Shown here: positions 58,381 to 61,674 of the stretch, piece by piece
Layout: each line of letters starts with the position of its first letter
How positions within the stretch are numbered: the stretch's first letter is position 1
Origin: Rickettsiales bacterium
GTDB lineage: Bacteria > Pseudomonadota > Alphaproteobacteria > Rickettsiales > UBA1997
Reading direction: 5' to 3'
Assembly: GCA_947442475.1 (NCBI GenBank)
Contig: CANEVP010000006.1
Span: forward strand, 1 to 61,674
Length of the DNA stretch: 61,674 bases
Notes under the pieces: generated by a model
The model's database searches: none
Seen by the model: only the letters and a program-made list of their open reading frames with translations
What the model was told of the DNA's origin: nothing
Program-made: the position numbers and the translations under genes

Positions 58381-58962
58381 ATGAAAAAAATGAAAACTCC
58401 CTTCTTAAAATTAATAACTTTTTTTACGCTAATGTTAAATTTTTTATCCAACGCCAACGCCGCAAAATATGAAAAAGCTATTTTAGCCGGAGGATGTTTT
58501 TGGGGAATGCAGGAACTTTTTAGTGGCTTAAACGGTGTGGTAAAAAGCGAAGTTGGTTACAGCGGTGGCAACTTGGCAAATCCAACTTACGAGCTGATTT
58601 CTACGGGCGCGACAGGGCACGCCGAAAGCGTGGAAGTAACCTTCGATCCACAAAAAATCTCTTACGAAAAATTGCTAAAATTTTATTTTACAATTCACAA
58701 CCCAACAACTTTGGATCGCCAAGAACACGACATTGGCAGCCAATATCGCTCAGAAATTTTTTATTTTAATGACGAACAAAAAAATATTGCGCTTAATGTG
58801 ATTGCCGCAGGAAATAAATCAGGAGTGTTCAAAAAGCCAATAGTGACAAGGGTTTCAAAGGCTGGAATTTTTTATCCGGCGGAAGAATATCACCAAAATT
58901 ATCTGAAGAAAAATCCATTTGGCTACACTTGTCATCACGCAAGAGCGGAGTGGAAATTTTAA
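58381..58962 (+). CDS. msrA: Peptide methionine sulfoxide reductase A, probably exported
   Basis: AGGCFWG, GYSGG, TGHAE, DIGSQYRS, AEEYHQNYL, GYTCH; signal-like N-terminus. Confidence 0.95.
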   Translation: MKKMKTPFLKLITFFTLMLNFLSNANAAKYEKAILAGGCFWGMQELFSGLNGVVKSEVGYSGGNLANPTYELISTGATGHAESVEVTFDPQKISYEKLLKFYFTIHNPTTLDRQEHDIGSQYRSEIFYFNDEQKNIALNVIAAGNKSGVFKKPIVTRVSKAGIFYPAEEYHQNYLKKNPFGYTCHHARAEWKF

Positions 58963-59897
58963 TTAGCGGCAATTTTTTTTGCCAAACCAATCGCAGCCAA
59001 CCAAACATCTTCAAGATTAGAATTACTAACCCAGTCGCTAGTTGCGGCAAGGCCCAAATCTGCATCAAAAAATGGTGCAGATTTTTTTTCATCCAAAACC
59101 ACCGAGTAACGCCAGCGGTGAGTTGCAATGTGGTTAGCAGAACTGCAATCAATTTTAGTTAGAAATTCAAACTCGCTTAGCAGCTTTTTTTGCACTTCCA
59201 AAATATCATCTTCCAAATGATCTACTGCCCAAGCGTTGGTTGAATGCGCAACAAAACAACTAACATCTTTATTGCGACTCGGCTTGCTAGAATTAAGCGC
59301 AATTGACTTAATTGGGCCATTTTCAACCTCAGCAAAAATCCATTTTGTTAGCAGGTTGGGTTGGTTAAATCCAATCATTAAAGCAAAGCAGGGTAGCGCT
59401 TTTTCTGATTTAATTTCTTTGCCAAAAAGCTTTTGGGTTTGCGCCAGAGGAGCGGTTGAAATAACCAAATCAAAAACTCCAAGAGCGTTAGAATTTTTGT
59501 CGAATAAATGCCAACCATCAATTTTTTTTTCGGCAAAAGGTACAACTTCTACGCCTAGTTGAACCTCAAAGTTTTGCGCCAATTTTTTGCACAACCCATT
59601 CATGTTTGGAGTCGCAACCAGATAGCTTTCAAAACTCGATTTTCCGCTGGTTAAATTAGCTACTTCACCTTGCCAAATAGCGGCGTCACAGCTTTTAACA
59701 AATTCTAAAAAATCAGGATTTTGTGCTGTGAAATATTGCAAACCGTGATCGAAAGAAAAATTTTCTACGTAACGCGTCGACATTCTGCCACCAACTCCGC
59801 GAGCTTTTTCAAAAATTTTTACATCGGCAATTTTTTGCAACTGATTTGCTAAAACCATTCCCGAAAAGCCAGCGCCAATTATTGCAACTCTAAGCAT
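58959..59897 (-). CDS. Renalase-like FAD/NAD-dependent oxidoreductase
   Basis: IIGAGFSG, FEKARGVGGRMSTR, FDHGLQYFT, HRWRYS. Confidence 0.88.
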   Translation of the reverse strand: MLRVAIIGAGFSGMVLANQLQKIADVKIFEKARGVGGRMSTRYVENFSFDHGLQYFTAQNPDFLEFVKSCDAAIWQGEVANLTSGKSSFESYLVATPNMNGLCKKLAQNFEVQLGVEVVPFAEKKIDGWHLFDKNSNALGVFDLVISTAPLAQTQKLFGKEIKSEKALPCFALMIGFNQPNLLTKWIFAEVENGPIKSIALNSSKPSRNKDVSCFVAHSTNAWAVDHLEDDILEVQKKLLSEFEFLTKIDCSSANHIATHRWRYSVVLDEKKSAPFFDADLGLAATSDWVSNSNLEDVWLAAIGLAKKIAAN

Positions 59898-60532
59898 TAT
59901 TTAATCTCTTGAATTATTTCGTTGCGGCGATTCCAAGGGAAAGTCAAAGGATCGTCGTAATAAAAAATCGCTGCTGCTGATGTAGTGCTTAAGTTTTTTT
60001 GCTCGATGAAATTTTTTAACATCAGTTTTTTTTCTTCAAAAAGTTTGTCCGACCAGCTGCCCGAAAAGCGTATTGCTACAAGAGTTTTTTCTTTGGTAAT
60101 TTTAAATTTTATTTTTTCATCCAGCGCCTTAGGCAGGCTTTCTAGAGTATATTGCTTTGGCATGGCAAATTGGATGCGCCATGTTTTTTGGCTGTCAGAA
60201 ATTTGTGTAACTGGAGAGGTCATGGCAATTTTTTCAGAAATATTTTCCTGCAAAACCGGAGAGGTCATTGCCACTTTTTCCTGAGAAATATTTTTGCCAA
60301 AGATATAGCGCGCTAAAATGATGAATCCTTTTTTTACCGCTTTTTTTCTGTCGCCTTCGACCTCAACTTCAGCAACCAAAATTGCCGGATATTGACGAAT
60401 TTCAATATCGCCATTTTGTTCAACTACCTTGTAAGAAGAAGTTTCATAACCTCTGTAAAAGCCTAATTTATCTGAAGGCGCACAAGAAAAAAACATGAGA
60501 GATGCTGTAAGGATAATTAGTGATTGTCGCAT
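59897..60532 (-). CDS. SOUL heme-binding family lipoprotein
   Basis: Lipobox-like FFSC, EIRQYP, LARYIFG.N, MTSPV twice, FSG, YDDP..RRNEI. Confidence 0.9.
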   Translation of the reverse strand: MRQSLIILTASLMFFSCAPSDKLGFYRGYETSSYKVVEQNGDIEIRQYPAILVAEVEVEGDRKKAVKKGFIILARYIFGKNISQEKVAMTSPVLQENISEKIAMTSPVTQISDSQKTWRIQFAMPKQYTLESLPKALDEKIKFKITKEKTLVAIRFSGSWSDKLFEEKKLMLKNFIEQKNLSTTSAAAIFYYDDPLTFPWNRRNEIIQEIK

Positions 60533-60543
60533 ATTTTAATGAT

Positions 60544-60747
60544 TTAAAAAGTTAGAGTTGCTCCGAAGGTAGTCCAATCTTGCAAATTGCCATTAATATT
60601 GTGGCCGTAGATTAAATCGAAAATAAAGTGAGTTGAAGCCGCGTAACGTAAACCAAATTGCGTGGCTGGAAGAGTTGGACCAGTTTTGCTAGGGCCATTA
60701 GATTGAAATAACTCAGTAATGAAAGACAATATTTCCGTCAAATGCAT
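60544..60747 (-). pseudogene. Probable C-terminal fragment of an outer-membrane beta-barrel protein
   Basis: Alternating beta-strand pattern (QFGLRY, IFDLIYG, FGATLTF with terminal Phe); no N-terminal part or signal peptide. Confidence 0.45.
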
Positions 60748-61674
60748 TTCCGAACCAATGCCTTAATTCAAAAAATCGACGCTCTTTTTTAACTTAAAAA
60801 GATCATTCTCAAAATCAGTCAATTTTGAGCGGATCAGAATTTTGCAAGGGATGAAATTTCTGAATTAAAAACCACAATTCTAGAAAGTCATTTTTTAATC
60901 ACTTTTCTTTAGGTTCTTGCAAATAAATGTGCCCCAACTTTCTCACTCAAGATCCAGCAATTTTCGAACAGGACATTAGCGCATCATCAACCTTTACAAA
61001 ATTCACAAAGCTAATCCGAATTTTCGGCAAGCAGATATTACTAGCGCATCAATTGGAACTCTACTTTTAGGAAATGCTCCAATTGGGTTGATAGCCCAAA
61101 AAATACAAAGCTCGGCAAGTGGCTTTGATTTGGTCGGTGAATTAGAATTAAGTTTGCATCCCCAAGACACCGCTTATTAATTGGCTTGCAAGCAATTGAT
61201 GCTGCGCCCCGATTACACAGAAATTTTCGCCAGCCTGCATGCTAAAATAACGCAAGATCCAGAGCATCACGCAGAACTGCCAATAAGTTTTCAGCATCAT
61301 TGTCTAGAAGTTGCAGCTGGTCAAAACAACGCTGGCACTTGCGCGATGCTGCTGGATAATTTTTTCACCACTGCTGAGATTTTTCTCAGAAGCAACGCAC
61401 TACATTCGGCATCGCTACAAAATAATTGCGAGTTAATGAGCCCGTCGCAAATCTAACTTCCAAAAAAATTTAAACTAAAAAAATCTAACTCAGAACTTTT
61501 AGAAATTTCCTACTCAATTTTTTTGGAATTTTTTTGATTTTTTCTGCGTTTTGGTTCGCAGTTTTGGTAATTTTTGGTTGTTTTTTGGTTTTTAGGCGCA
61601 GCTTTCCCTTGTTCAAGTTGAGATCGGCGGCGGAGCTGATCCAGCTAGAACTACCAATCTTTTGAAGTTAAAAG

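Noticed and set aside
4092-60284. Many 60-160 aa ORFs in the track nested in or antisense to long genes (e.g. 12910-13386, 43821-44306, 21813-22229)
   Set aside because: They overlap well-supported genes and carry no motifs; treated as shadow ORFs.
60900-61674. ORF 61181-61456 and neighbouring short frames
   Set aside because: Fragmented frames with stops and no recognisable motif; likely decayed sequence.

Overview
AT-rich bacterial chromosome segment. Gene content and order point to an alphaproteobacterium, plausibly an environmental Rickettsiales-like lineage (inference). Supporting genes include sdhCDAB, isolated nuoM-nuoN, maeB-PTA fusion, an M16 peptidase, DUF1674, a divergent comF/methyltransferase pair, aroA, proC, long RelA/SpoT, pilT and a pilin. 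The left 3.5 kb is the decayed end of an island at the 3' end of tRNA-Ser(TGA), with a Zur-like regulator, IS256-like transposase fragment, serine-recombinase tail, HTH partner and Mrr-like endonuclease. The rest is mostly housekeeping genes interleaved with orphan effector-like ORFs and many intergenic palindromes. The most notable signal is a family of 24-bp perfect palindromes, ATT-N7-CCGG-N7'-AAT with a TC(A/G)AAAAA flank and different arms between copies. One copy lies just upstream of a DUF1016(YhcG)-N/staphylococcal-nuclease fusion gene. Also notable: a diverged second copy of the miaB 3' end flanking a foreign gene, and a Cys-His-Asp orphan overlapping both neighbours in proC-rnhA. Family assignments come from recognised motifs; no database searches were run.
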